A DNA stretch of 36,938 bases from a virus. Its lineage: Duplodnaviria > Caudoviricetes. Location of the stretch: IMG/VR virus record IMGVR_UViG_3300032212_000079, positions 1-36,938 of that record. One strand, written 5' to 3'. The notes under the pieces were generated by a model. The model was not told the origin of the DNA. It did no database searches and saw only the letters and a program-made list of their open reading frames with translations. Below, in pieces: positions 25,801 to 34,421 of this stretch. Position numbers and translations under genes: made by a program. How positions within the stretch are numbered: the stretch's first letter is position 1; each line of letters opens with the position of its first letter.

Positions 25801-28800
25801 AGTCTAAGGCGTTAGGGGGTGAGTACTTCCACGTCCGCATTCCGAACGAACCTTATATGGATTTGGTGATTGAGCGTCTGCCAGGTGATAAGGGTAAGGA
25901 CCAGCTGTATTTCACTCATTACTACGATCAGAACGGCGACCGGGTAATGGATGGTGAGATGGTGTATGCCATTTCGCCTCAAGGTCGTCTGAATTTGGTT
26001 GAAACGGCTGTTCAAAACCCTGAGCAAGGGGGCGAATTAAGGAATCGTGACGTTTCTTTTGCTAATATGTTTAGTAGGAACCTTCTGGATCAGGGATTCG
26101 GTGAGGTTAAGTTAGGAGACAACAATGCATCAGTTACCAGCACAAGTGTGGAATCAGATCGGGAAACAGCCCGAGATGAAGGCAGCACACTGGAAACAGC
26201 TGTTCAGCCTGAAACCGGAAAAGATGGATCAGGCGCTGGAACAGGAAGAAAAGCGTCTGGCCAGCGACGGAGTGAAGGACAGTCTGATAACTCCGTATCT
26301 GACACTGGCACCTCTGCTGCAGGAAAGAGCAGCAGTGCAAGCGTTCGTGAGCAAGAACCCGGATCTGATAGCAGTGCTGCCCGAGATTCAGACGCCCGCC
26401 GAGGCCGTGCTGATAGCGCAGAAGGACAATCCAGCCCTGAGTCAGGCCGAGATGGAGAATCTTCAAGAGCTGCTGGCGACGCCCGCTTAGCGTTCGAGGA
26501 AAAGCAAAAGGTCCAAACCAAGGCCGAAAGCATCAAAGACACCCGTCTGAGTGATATTCAAAACATCCGCGACACCCTGCCTATTCTGTTGCCAGAGCAA
26601 CAAGACGATGTTCTATTTGCCGAAGAGCGATTTAATCAGCCTGATGCCCATGGCGTGCTGTTTACCAATGGCACCGGTACTGGCAAAACCTTTACCGGCC
26701 TGGGTGTGGCTAAGCGTTTTCATCGCCAGGGCAAGACCAATATTTTGATTGTGGCGCCAACCGATAAAGTGGCGCGTGACTGGGTGGCCAGTGGCAAGCA
26801 TTTCAATCTACCTATCAAACAGCTCAACGGTATTACTGATAATGGTGGTGAGGGGGCGGTGGTGACCATGTATGCCAACCTGGGGCAGAACAAAGTTTTG
26901 GTTGAGCGAGACTGGGATCTGATCATTCCTGACGAGGCGCATAAGCTTTCGCAATCACAAGCAGGACGGACAACTGATGCCTTGCAGATGATGCGGGCCT
27001 TGTCTCAGCATCCATCCGGAATTTACACCAAGGCCTACACCGTTCATGGTGAAGAGCTGGAAAAGGCCAAGGCTGCCTACGATAAGGCTGAGAAGAAACT
27101 GCCGGTTGTTAAGCCTGGTATGCCACATGATGAGCAGGTTCAAATTCGACGCAAACACCAGGAATTTGAGAAAGAGAGTCGTCAGGCTAAGCGTGTAAGT
27201 CGAATTCACGCCAAGATTGATAAGTATCGTAAGAAACTGGCGGAACAGCCACGTACCGCCAAGGTGACGTTTTTGTCTGCCACACCGTTTGCCTACCACA
27301 AGAACATGCAGTATGCCGATGGCTACCTGTTTGATTCGGGCCAGTTTGAGGATAAAGAGCGCCAGGGTGGCTATAACGTTGCTCAAGGCTTTGATTCCTT
27401 CCTGCAGACGCATCTTGGTTATCACATGCGTACCGGTAGCTTGAATGCACCTGAAGCCGAAGTAGATGTGCAGCTGGCAGAGCGCAACCTGAACAAGTGG
27501 TTAAAAGAGCAGAAGGTATTGCGTGGCCGCCGATTAGAGGTTGATCAAGACTATTCGCGTGAGTTTGTGCTGGCTGAGGATGGTATTGGCGCCAAGATTG
27601 ATGAGGGCCTGAAGTGGGTATGGGATAACCACAAACAATACCCAGATCTGACCGGGTTAATCAATAAACACTTTGATTATCTGAAGCGGTTGCAATTTCT
27701 GGAGGCGGTTAAGTCTCGTGAGTCGATCGATCGCATTCAGCAGCACCTGGATCTTGGCCGTAAGGTGGTTTTGTTTCATGGCTATAAGAAGAGTGATGTT
27801 ACTCATCCATTCCGGCCGCAAGGGTCAACACCTAAAGAAAAGGCTGTGGTTGAGTCATTTAAGCAGGCCCGCCCTGATTTGTGGAATCTGGATCTGACTG
27901 GCCTTGCTTCGCCTATCGATACCATTACCAGCGCTTTCCCTGAGACCGTGTTGTTTAATGGTGATGTGTCTAAGGGTGAGCGTGCCCGTAATGTGAAGGC
28001 CTTCAACGAAGATGATAGCGGTGTTGATGTTATTCTGATTCAACGTGATGCCGGTAAGGAAGGTATCAGCCTGCATGACATGAGCAATAAGCACCAGCGT
28101 GTTCTGATTGATCTTGGTTTGCCCACCAAACCTACTGATGCCATTCAGACCGAAGGCCGTATTTACCGCACGGGCGTTGTGAGTGATGCCATCTTTGAAT
28201 ATTTCACTACCGGTCAGGAATACGAAAAACGCACCTTTGCTGAGGCGGTTGCCCGTCGTAGTTCAACTGCTGAGAATCTGGCTTTGGGCCATGAAGCCCG
28301 CAATCTGTTACAGGCGTTTGTCGATGCCTACACCGAATCTGGCAGTGAATCACCAGGGAAGCATCAAGGGACTGGTGGCAGAGAAAAAGACCGGGCCTTG
28401 TTTAGTGAAACAACGGAATTTGACCAGGCTAAGCCAGCCTATTACACCCGCCAGAAAAACAGCAAGAGCCGCCAAAACCGTGAGGGTAAGGACTATTACG
28501 CCACGCCAGAGCCTTTAGGTTTGAAAATGGTGGAGTGGGCCAACCTGAAACCGAATGAGTCAGCACTGGAACCCAGTGCCGGCCACGGTGCCATCGCCCG
28601 CTGGTTTCCTGACTATGCCAAAAGCACCTTTGTAGAGCCTTCTTATAATCTGGTGGGTGAGCTGGGCATGCTGGGCAAGGGTGAAGTAAAAGACCATGAC
28701 TTTGAAAGCCTGCACATCGTTAATAAATATGACGCCGTGATCATGAACCCGCCTTTTGGCCAGGGTGGATCTACCGCGGTTAAGCACCTGGACAAGGCCT

Positions 28801-31800
28801 TTAATCATCTGCGCAACGGAGGGCGGGTGGTTGCTTTGATCCCCAGGGGTGGCAGTGCCGACAAGAAGTTCGATGCCTGGTATGAAAGCCAAGATGAAGC
28901 CGTAATGGTCGCTGACATCGGCATGCCATCGGTAACCTTTAAGCGTGCTGGCACCAGTGTGAATACCCGTGTAGTGATCATTGATCGTATGGATAGTGAG
29001 CTGCTTGAGGCTAGCCCGCACCATGGCTCCCGTCAGTTCGATATTGCGGCTGACTCCACCAAAGAGCTATTTGAAAAGCTTGAAGACATGTCGCCAATGC
29101 CTGAGCGGGCGGTGAGTGGGGAAGATGTAGAAATTACAGCCAACTACGCCCTAAAGGGGGCGGAAAAACTCACCCATCCAGACATGGTGGTAACCAAAGG
29201 CACCGTTCAGGCTGTGCGCAAGGCCATATCGGGCAAAGTGTTGCAGTGGGGCCAGAACGCGCCCGAGGTGGAGGTGGTGCAATCGGTTGACGACCTGCCG
29301 GCACACCTTCAACCTGAAGACCATAATGAACCTGTTTTCGGTGTGCATGATCCTGCCAGCAATGCGGTGTATCTGGTGGCTGACTATCTGGGTGAATCTA
29401 CCGATGTTCAAACGATTCTGGCCCATGAGGCTGTTGGTCACTATGCCATGGAGGAAATGCTGGGGGATAAGTTGATGGGTGATATGACCAAGCGTGTGCA
29501 GTGGATGAAGGACCACGGCGATAAGGTGGTGCTGGAACTGGCTGATGAGGTGGCCCGTGATTATGGTGATATTGATTCTATTACTGAGTCGAAAGAGATT
29601 ATTGCCAAGCTGGCCGAGCGCCGGGCGCTGAAATCAAAACTGAGCAAGCTATGGACTGATATTGTTGCCAAGCTGCGTAAGTTCCTGCGCAAGATCGGCT
29701 TGCCGATGCTGTTTAAGAGTAGTGATCTTGAGGCGGTGCTGGGTGATGCTGAGCGCTGGTTACGCAAGGATACGGGCAAACGCACTCAACGTAATGAGGC
29801 CTTATGGCACCGTAAGCTAGGTGAGATTGATCTGGTCATGGGTGAGGGTGGTGCCTATGGTGCCAGTCGATTTGTTGCGGCACATCCTGAGATCGGCGCG
29901 AACATTGGTATGTTGGTGGCTGAGTCTGAGTTAATAGAGGAAACCAGTACCCGCGCAACCCTGCGCAATGACGATGTAACCTTTGACCTGGTTAAGCGTG
30001 ATGGTCGCTGGCGCCTGACTGAGGCGGAGCGTGGGCCAAACTATGCAAAAGGTCGCAGCACATCACGGCGTACTGAGTGGGGTGATTTTCCAGCAGCAAT
30101 CTTCCAGGCACCTTTGAATACTGCCAAGAAGCATGCTGATTATGCAGCAGCCAAGTCGGGTGACCTAGAGGCGGCCTATCGTGTGGCCAAGGCCGTAGTG
30201 GGTGATAAAAAGGTCGATAAGATTAGGGAGGCACTAGCCGGTAGCAAGCCTGTAATTGTTCCTGTTTTCGCTGAAGAGGCTAGGGGGAGGAATATGCTGC
30301 CCGTGGCCTATGCCAGGGTGCTGGCTGATCGGCTGGGCCTTGAGGTGAGTATGGATATCGTTCAGTCGAACCGGGCTAAACATACCGATGCGGGTGCTTT
30401 TCATCGTATTGCTGTGCAGCCATCCTTTGACGGCGATGTTCAACAGGGTCACGACTACCTGATTGTGGACGATACTATTGCTATGGGTGGCACTATTGCC
30501 AGTCTACGTGGTCATATTGAAAGTAATGGCGGTAATGTTGTTTTGGCATCGGCCTTGACTGGCTTTGATCTTGCGGCCAAAATGTCCATTAATGACAAGA
30601 TGCTGAATAAGCTGAGAGATAAACACGGCGATGAGCTTGAACAATACTTCCAAAAAGAATTCGGATTCGGGCTCGAAGGACTCACCCAAGGTGAAGCCGG
30701 ACACCTCGCAAAAGCCCCTTCAGTTGACGAAATCCGAAATAGAATCTCTGAGGCAAGAAGGCAAGCAGGCCTTGGAAAGGCTCAACCAGATGAATTAAAC
30801 GAGGCCCCTCCTACTGAGGGGTTTTCTGATTCTAGGGGTAAGAAACCACCCAACTATGCCGTCCGTAAGAAAGATACCAAACCTGTCCCGAAAAAGGCCA
30901 TTGAGTTCTTGCGCCGTAACCCTGGCCTGGCAAAGCAGTTTGAAAAGCGTTATGGGGTGAGTGCGGCTGAGTATCTGACCGATAAAAAGACGAGCAAGAA
31001 AGATACCACCGCTAATCCCAATACCGAGAAAGGCGCCAAGCAGATACCTCAAAAAGCAATAGATATGCTGCATGAAAACCCTTCACTTGCAGGTATGTTT
31101 GAAGAGAAGTATGGCGTAAGTGCAGCCGAATATTTAGCCTATGCAAAACCGCGTAACGAGAAAGAGGCGATTGGCGCGATAGAGGATTTAGCCAAATCCA
31201 ATAATCGTTTTTTTAATAGTCTGACTTGGGCGAAGTTAACCACTATACCCCGTAAATTGCGCGTTCCGATGCTGAACTGGATGACGGGTGACCAAATCGT
31301 TGAGGCTTATCATAAGCCTTGGGATTCCGTGAAAGGTGGCAACCCAATGACGGCATATAACGACCATCTTCATAAAATGAAGGCGGTGGTTGAAAACTGG
31401 CTGCATGATGCGAGTCGTCGTGATCAGCAGTGGGCAAAGCTAAGTAATGATGAGGCGCGTGAAGTTGATGTTGTGATTATGGATGCCACGCTTCACCAGA
31501 TTCATCCTGATCAAGAACTTGACGGTAGTTTAGAGGGCTGGGCTAGAAAGAAAATCGCAAAGCTACAGCGTCAGATAAAAAGTCGGCCTGGTGAAGATAA
31601 TGCTAAAAAGTTTGAAGAAATAGCCCAGTTCAAGCGCAAGATTAGGCAGGAGCGCGACAGGGTAAATGCTTATGAAGGTTTGATTGCCAAGTGGAATAAG
31701 TTAAGCAAGGACCAGAAGGATCTTTATTATGCCGTGAAGGGTGATTATGAAAAACAATGGGATCTATTGCTCAAGTCACTGCAAAAACGTATAGCTGAAA

Positions 31801-34013
31801 CCGCTTCAACACCAGAACAAGCGGCGGCGGGTCGCGAGTCTGTTTCAAAAGTTAGGGAGCAGTTGCATAGGGAGTTGAAGCGCGGCCCTTATTTTCCAAT
31901 GGTGCGACACGGTGATTTCGTCATTATTGCTAAAAATGACCAGGGCGACTATGTGCGGGAGCATGCTGAGAACGAGGCACAGGCGTTAGAGGTTAAACAG
32001 CTTTTGGTGAAAGAAGGATTTAAAGGCTCAGAGGTTCGCTGGTTTAAGTTGCAGGACACGCCGATTGAGGAAATGGAAGCCGCGCCAGGTATGGCGCAAG
32101 AAATCTATAAGCTGGTTGATAAGCATATTCAGAAGAATGAAACGCTGAAGGATGAAATTAACCAGTATGTTTTAAAGATGATGCCAGGCATGAGCTTTGC
32201 TAAACGTGGCATTCACCGCAATCGAGTATTAGGGTTCAGCAAAGATACGCGCCGTGCATATGCCTATACCATGTTTCATGGTGCCAACCATATTAGTAAG
32301 GTGCAGTACGGCCATAAGATGCAGCAAGAACTTGACCGTATGAGCGATGAAGTGAGTAATTATGAGCAAGGTAAATCCTCAGTGCTGACACAGGATGAAG
32401 CTTTTGCAATGTCGGATGTAACTAATCACATGCGAAAACGGCATGAGCGAATTATGAATCCAACCGGGCATCCAATAACGGCTTGGCTTGGTAATTTTGG
32501 TTTTATTATGTATTTGGGTTTTTCGCCTGCTGCTGGGGTTGTGAATCTAACCCAAACAGCCTTGGTGGCATACCCAAAGCTGGGCGCACGGTATGGTTGG
32601 TACAGGGCAGCGCGTGAATTGATGTTGGCCATGAAAGATTATGCTAATAGCCCTAAAAAGTTAGGGCTTGAGGAGAGCTGGGTTTCATTAAGTCGTAACG
32701 ATAAAATCCCCGCTGCTGAAAAGAAATTTATTTTGGATAAGATTAATGATGGGACGATTGATGTAACACAGTCTCATTCTATAGCTGCGCTGGCTGATAC
32801 CGATGTTCGTAGCCGGTCTTCTGCTGCTGAAATGCACACATGGAAACGTAGAACGATGATGGGAATCTCGTCTTTTTTCCATAATGCTGAAACCCTGAAT
32901 AGGGAGGTTACGGCGCTAGCAGCATTTCGTTTATCAGGTAATGCTGAAAAAGCAAGAATGCTCACACTTGAGAGCCATTTCAACTATGCCAGCTGGAATA
33001 TGGCTGAAGCGATGAAAAATAATTTTGTGAAAGTGGCAACCATGCTGAAGCGATTCAGCCAGCACATGGTTTATAACCTTGTGAGAAATGCTTGGCTGTC
33101 TCGTGCATCATGGATGGGCAATAAAAACGATGCTGAAACAATCCATATTGCCAGAAATGAGTTTACAGGCATGATGGTGATGCATGCTTTGTTTGCTGGG
33201 TCTCTCGGGTTGCCTCTAATTGATTTTGTGTTTAAGGCGCTAGATGCCGCTTTGGGTGATGACGATGAGCCGTTTGACTCAAAAGCAGCCTGGCGAACCT
33301 ATGTTGCACAGAACCTTGGTCCAGATTGGGAGGTAGTGATTAACAAGGGGGCGGCGAATGCGATAACTGGTATGGAATGGCAATCTCGAGTTGCTATAAA
33401 TGAATTGATTTGGAGAGAGCCTAATCGTGAACTTGAAGGACGTGATGCTGCACATCATATTATGGAGCAATTGTTTGGCCCGATGGGTGGCACAGCAACG
33501 AGCTGGCTTGGCGCAATGAGTGATTTTAATGATGGTGAATTTCAGCGTGGCGTTGAAAAAATGGCGCCTAAGTTCTTGCGAGACTATTCACGGATGTTTC
33601 GATATAACGATGACGGAGTGCTGACCTATCAGGATGATCCTGTTATTGAGGATACCACTTTGTTTGAGGAGGCGATGCAAGGAGTGGGCTTTTCTCCATC
33701 AAGGCTTAATGATCGCTACGATCTGAGAAATGCCATTAAAAATAAAGAAGGCGCAATTAATGACCGGATCAAGCATCTTAAAAATAAATATTATTTGGCA
33801 TTAAAGTCTGGCGATAGAGATGATTTAGCCGCTGCTGATGCTGCAATACAGAGGTTTAGGAAAAAGAACCCGCGTCATGCTGGTTCTCTTAACAGATTAA
33901 GGCTTAACAAATCAATAAGGGGGAGAAGGAAGGCAGACGTCCAGACCGATAAGGGGATCTACACCAATAAGCGTATGCGTTATTTAATGGATGAAATTGA
34001 TTTTGGGAAATAG
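22860..34013 (+). CDS. Giant polyvalent virion/ejection protein (SF2 helicase + N6-adenine MTase + peptidase-like + PRTase + PLxRFG-like C-terminal region)
   Basis: 3717 aa. GTGTGKT (26670), DEAH (26931), LSATP and QTEGRIYR; LEPSAGHG and NPPF (28746); HEAVGH (29424); YLIVDDTIAMGGT (30456); GPYFPMVRHG (31884). Confidence 0.9.
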   Translation: MKNVFDQFDAAASVSDVSNPFDQFDSVENVAPVNKQDAIDLHEQSGGGLLSSLERGVRRLGQSVTSGITEPFEQMVESSVDALGLGDSVVGETIGKRKDETQALFKSEQERINALPVHPAMRDAYDAANNADGLWDATKAFVSEINDSPDTFGVLTEQVAELAPQMLTIIFGAKGMDKVLPAAIQGMTRSTAIMGGAGFASSVANTYGSNVADALEKGMEFEQAQARAALQSAAQGGVDALTTAIVPWKIGPNQFTNIPAQTMIQMVGGATGEIARNKVVGEEASQGDIVAEGLLEALGLPGDIVAAIASRKKPVVDQGKPEQVIDKPVSDSGDVPNPFDQFDEGEANAPVTPPASTTTPATNINRDVALDSATIDADLIQKGNEALKDIPTGRFNPETGEISMPEDHVGGNWVKDPIAGEMVAPSEAHKLGLKPGVENVLYEPQLEQDEYHPDMDQVGSQMYDLAADLEEIEPGLAMAVLERAELSGVADTDVITELEGMINERTPFAEKHSAAALKPEETKRPAIPQAQPATEQPAATKPEQQGLIQSVIDNNTPHASVAEPQEPAAHHEGLLTPESLPVAETAQRPTPSQSDESAFIPTHETSDGTQVRAYEDEPGAWEDAEGNIIEDDYAAPISNKVQQRQTSDSGEKPAPVKAVQTDTQAEPVADPVKDEANQPNSVHAEATPALGAGTEVQAGTESQDQGFKIRHHGKKSVVVEVADQTAVDEVRAKLVKAGIKLKGVHHKKAGTLQFGRDKESDIRKALMSETSAETDTYPLGKTFKEISSKWRPVVNEKTEPDVAQQRLIDAVKKARESGAKSYREGVEHVKSQLGSYIPENIDIGVDGGAIHSEVVDAWHYLDKKNFKKAKLEAAKKLDLSVGDKIGRFTPNTGKMLKGGVVESINDAGDYVVLAVAGNRRVRITLDAVGLEAAIDRANPAPTTNSAEAGSKLVDKAILPRKEQMGAASKNIARLLHDLGLQSKALGGEYFHVRIPNEPYMDLVIERLPGDKGKDQLYFTHYYDQNGDRVMDGEMVYAISPQGRLNLVETAVQNPEQGGELRNRDVSFANMFSRNLLDQGFGEVKLGDNNASVTSTSVESDRETARDEGSTLETAVQPETGKDGSGAGTGRKASGQRRSEGQSDNSVSDTGTSAAGKSSSASVREQEPGSDSSAARDSDARRGRADSAEGQSSPESGRDGESSRAAGDARLAFEEKQKVQTKAESIKDTRLSDIQNIRDTLPILLPEQQDDVLFAEERFNQPDAHGVLFTNGTGTGKTFTGLGVAKRFHRQGKTNILIVAPTDKVARDWVASGKHFNLPIKQLNGITDNGGEGAVVTMYANLGQNKVLVERDWDLIIPDEAHKLSQSQAGRTTDALQMMRALSQHPSGIYTKAYTVHGEELEKAKAAYDKAEKKLPVVKPGMPHDEQVQIRRKHQEFEKESRQAKRVSRIHAKIDKYRKKLAEQPRTAKVTFLSATPFAYHKNMQYADGYLFDSGQFEDKERQGGYNVAQGFDSFLQTHLGYHMRTGSLNAPEAEVDVQLAERNLNKWLKEQKVLRGRRLEVDQDYSREFVLAEDGIGAKIDEGLKWVWDNHKQYPDLTGLINKHFDYLKRLQFLEAVKSRESIDRIQQHLDLGRKVVLFHGYKKSDVTHPFRPQGSTPKEKAVVESFKQARPDLWNLDLTGLASPIDTITSAFPETVLFNGDVSKGERARNVKAFNEDDSGVDVILIQRDAGKEGISLHDMSNKHQRVLIDLGLPTKPTDAIQTEGRIYRTGVVSDAIFEYFTTGQEYEKRTFAEAVARRSSTAENLALGHEARNLLQAFVDAYTESGSESPGKHQGTGGREKDRALFSETTEFDQAKPAYYTRQKNSKSRQNREGKDYYATPEPLGLKMVEWANLKPNESALEPSAGHGAIARWFPDYAKSTFVEPSYNLVGELGMLGKGEVKDHDFESLHIVNKYDAVIMNPPFGQGGSTAVKHLDKAFNHLRNGGRVVALIPRGGSADKKFDAWYESQDEAVMVADIGMPSVTFKRAGTSVNTRVVIIDRMDSELLEASPHHGSRQFDIAADSTKELFEKLEDMSPMPERAVSGEDVEITANYALKGAEKLTHPDMVVTKGTVQAVRKAISGKVLQWGQNAPEVEVVQSVDDLPAHLQPEDHNEPVFGVHDPASNAVYLVADYLGESTDVQTILAHEAVGHYAMEEMLGDKLMGDMTKRVQWMKDHGDKVVLELADEVARDYGDIDSITESKEIIAKLAERRALKSKLSKLWTDIVAKLRKFLRKIGLPMLFKSSDLEAVLGDAERWLRKDTGKRTQRNEALWHRKLGEIDLVMGEGGAYGASRFVAAHPEIGANIGMLVAESELIEETSTRATLRNDDVTFDLVKRDGRWRLTEAERGPNYAKGRSTSRRTEWGDFPAAIFQAPLNTAKKHADYAAAKSGDLEAAYRVAKAVVGDKKVDKIREALAGSKPVIVPVFAEEARGRNMLPVAYARVLADRLGLEVSMDIVQSNRAKHTDAGAFHRIAVQPSFDGDVQQGHDYLIVDDTIAMGGTIASLRGHIESNGGNVVLASALTGFDLAAKMSINDKMLNKLRDKHGDELEQYFQKEFGFGLEGLTQGEAGHLAKAPSVDEIRNRISEARRQAGLGKAQPDELNEAPPTEGFSDSRGKKPPNYAVRKKDTKPVPKKAIEFLRRNPGLAKQFEKRYGVSAAEYLTDKKTSKKDTTANPNTEKGAKQIPQKAIDMLHENPSLAGMFEEKYGVSAAEYLAYAKPRNEKEAIGAIEDLAKSNNRFFNSLTWAKLTTIPRKLRVPMLNWMTGDQIVEAYHKPWDSVKGGNPMTAYNDHLHKMKAVVENWLHDASRRDQQWAKLSNDEAREVDVVIMDATLHQIHPDQELDGSLEGWARKKIAKLQRQIKSRPGEDNAKKFEEIAQFKRKIRQERDRVNAYEGLIAKWNKLSKDQKDLYYAVKGDYEKQWDLLLKSLQKRIAETASTPEQAAAGRESVSKVREQLHRELKRGPYFPMVRHGDFVIIAKNDQGDYVREHAENEAQALEVKQLLVKEGFKGSEVRWFKLQDTPIEEMEAAPGMAQEIYKLVDKHIQKNETLKDEINQYVLKMMPGMSFAKRGIHRNRVLGFSKDTRRAYAYTMFHGANHISKVQYGHKMQQELDRMSDEVSNYEQGKSSVLTQDEAFAMSDVTNHMRKRHERIMNPTGHPITAWLGNFGFIMYLGFSPAAGVVNLTQTALVAYPKLGARYGWYRAARELMLAMKDYANSPKKLGLEESWVSLSRNDKIPAAEKKFILDKINDGTIDVTQSHSIAALADTDVRSRSSAAEMHTWKRRTMMGISSFFHNAETLNREVTALAAFRLSGNAEKARMLTLESHFNYASWNMAEAMKNNFVKVATMLKRFSQHMVYNLVRNAWLSRASWMGNKNDAETIHIARNEFTGMMVMHALFAGSLGLPLIDFVFKALDAALGDDDEPFDSKAAWRTYVAQNLGPDWEVVINKGAANAITGMEWQSRVAINELIWREPNRELEGRDAAHHIMEQLFGPMGGTATSWLGAMSDFNDGEFQRGVEKMAPKFLRDYSRMFRYNDDGVLTYQDDPVIEDTTLFEEAMQGVGFSPSRLNDRYDLRNAIKNKEGAINDRIKHLKNKYYLALKSGDRDDLAAADAAIQRFRKKNPRHAGSLNRLRLNKSIRGRRKADVQTDKGIYTNKRMRYLMDEIDFGK
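30907..30964 (+). repeat. 58-bp repeat, copy 1 (inverted relative to 34066-34123)
   Basis: TCTTGCGCCGTAACCC[T/C]GGCCTGGCAAAGCAGTTTGAAAAGCGTTATGGGGTGAGTGC; 57/58 identical by direct comparison. Confidence 0.95.
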
Positions 34014-34016
34014 ATA

Positions 34017-34328
34017 CTAGTTATTATCGGGATTATATGGCTTGGTATCGGTTAGAAAATATTTAGCACTCACCCCATAACGCTTTTCAAACTGCTTTGC
34101 CAGGCCGGGGTTACGGCGCAAGAGTTCAATAGCCTTCTGAGGAATGGGCTTTGGTTCTTTGTTTATTAAGGAAGCGTAGAATAATAGAGCGCCTACTATT
34201 GATACGCACAGAAATTCTGCTAAAAGGATTAGGCCTAGATTGGCGCTAGTGAAAAACTGAACAAGTGGGAAAGGCGGCGTTTGGGGAGTAGCTGTGAAGT
34301 GGGTAGGGCTGATAATTTGCTTGCCCAT
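34017..34328 (-). CDS. Small single-pass membrane protein carrying the ejection-protein motif
   Basis: Hydrophobic LGLILLAEFLCVSIVGALLFYASLI followed by IPQKAIELLRRNPGLAKQFEKRYGVSAKYFL; convergent with the giant gene (stops 3 bp apart); no clear RBS. Confidence 0.7.
   Translation of the reverse strand: MGKQIISPTHFTATPQTPPFPLVQFFTSANLGLILLAEFLCVSIVGALLFYASLINKEPKPIPQKAIELLRRNPGLAKQFEKRYGVSAKYFLTDTKPYNPDNN
34066..34123 (-). repeat. 58-bp repeat, copy 2
   Basis: Reverse complement of 30907-30964 with one mismatch. Confidence 0.95.
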
Positions 34329-34421
34329 AGTTTTAATGTTGCTAGTTGTTGTTGTGCTGCTGGTATTGGTTGCGCGAGTAGCGTGGTGGACTGGGAGTAG
34401 GTCAATCTGAGAAGGGATGCT

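Noticed and set aside
30885-31136. Motif repeats as a DGR template/variable pair or a CRISPR-like array
   Set aside because: There is no reverse transcriptase or cas gene, the differences are not adenine-specific, and there is no repeat-spacer periodicity.
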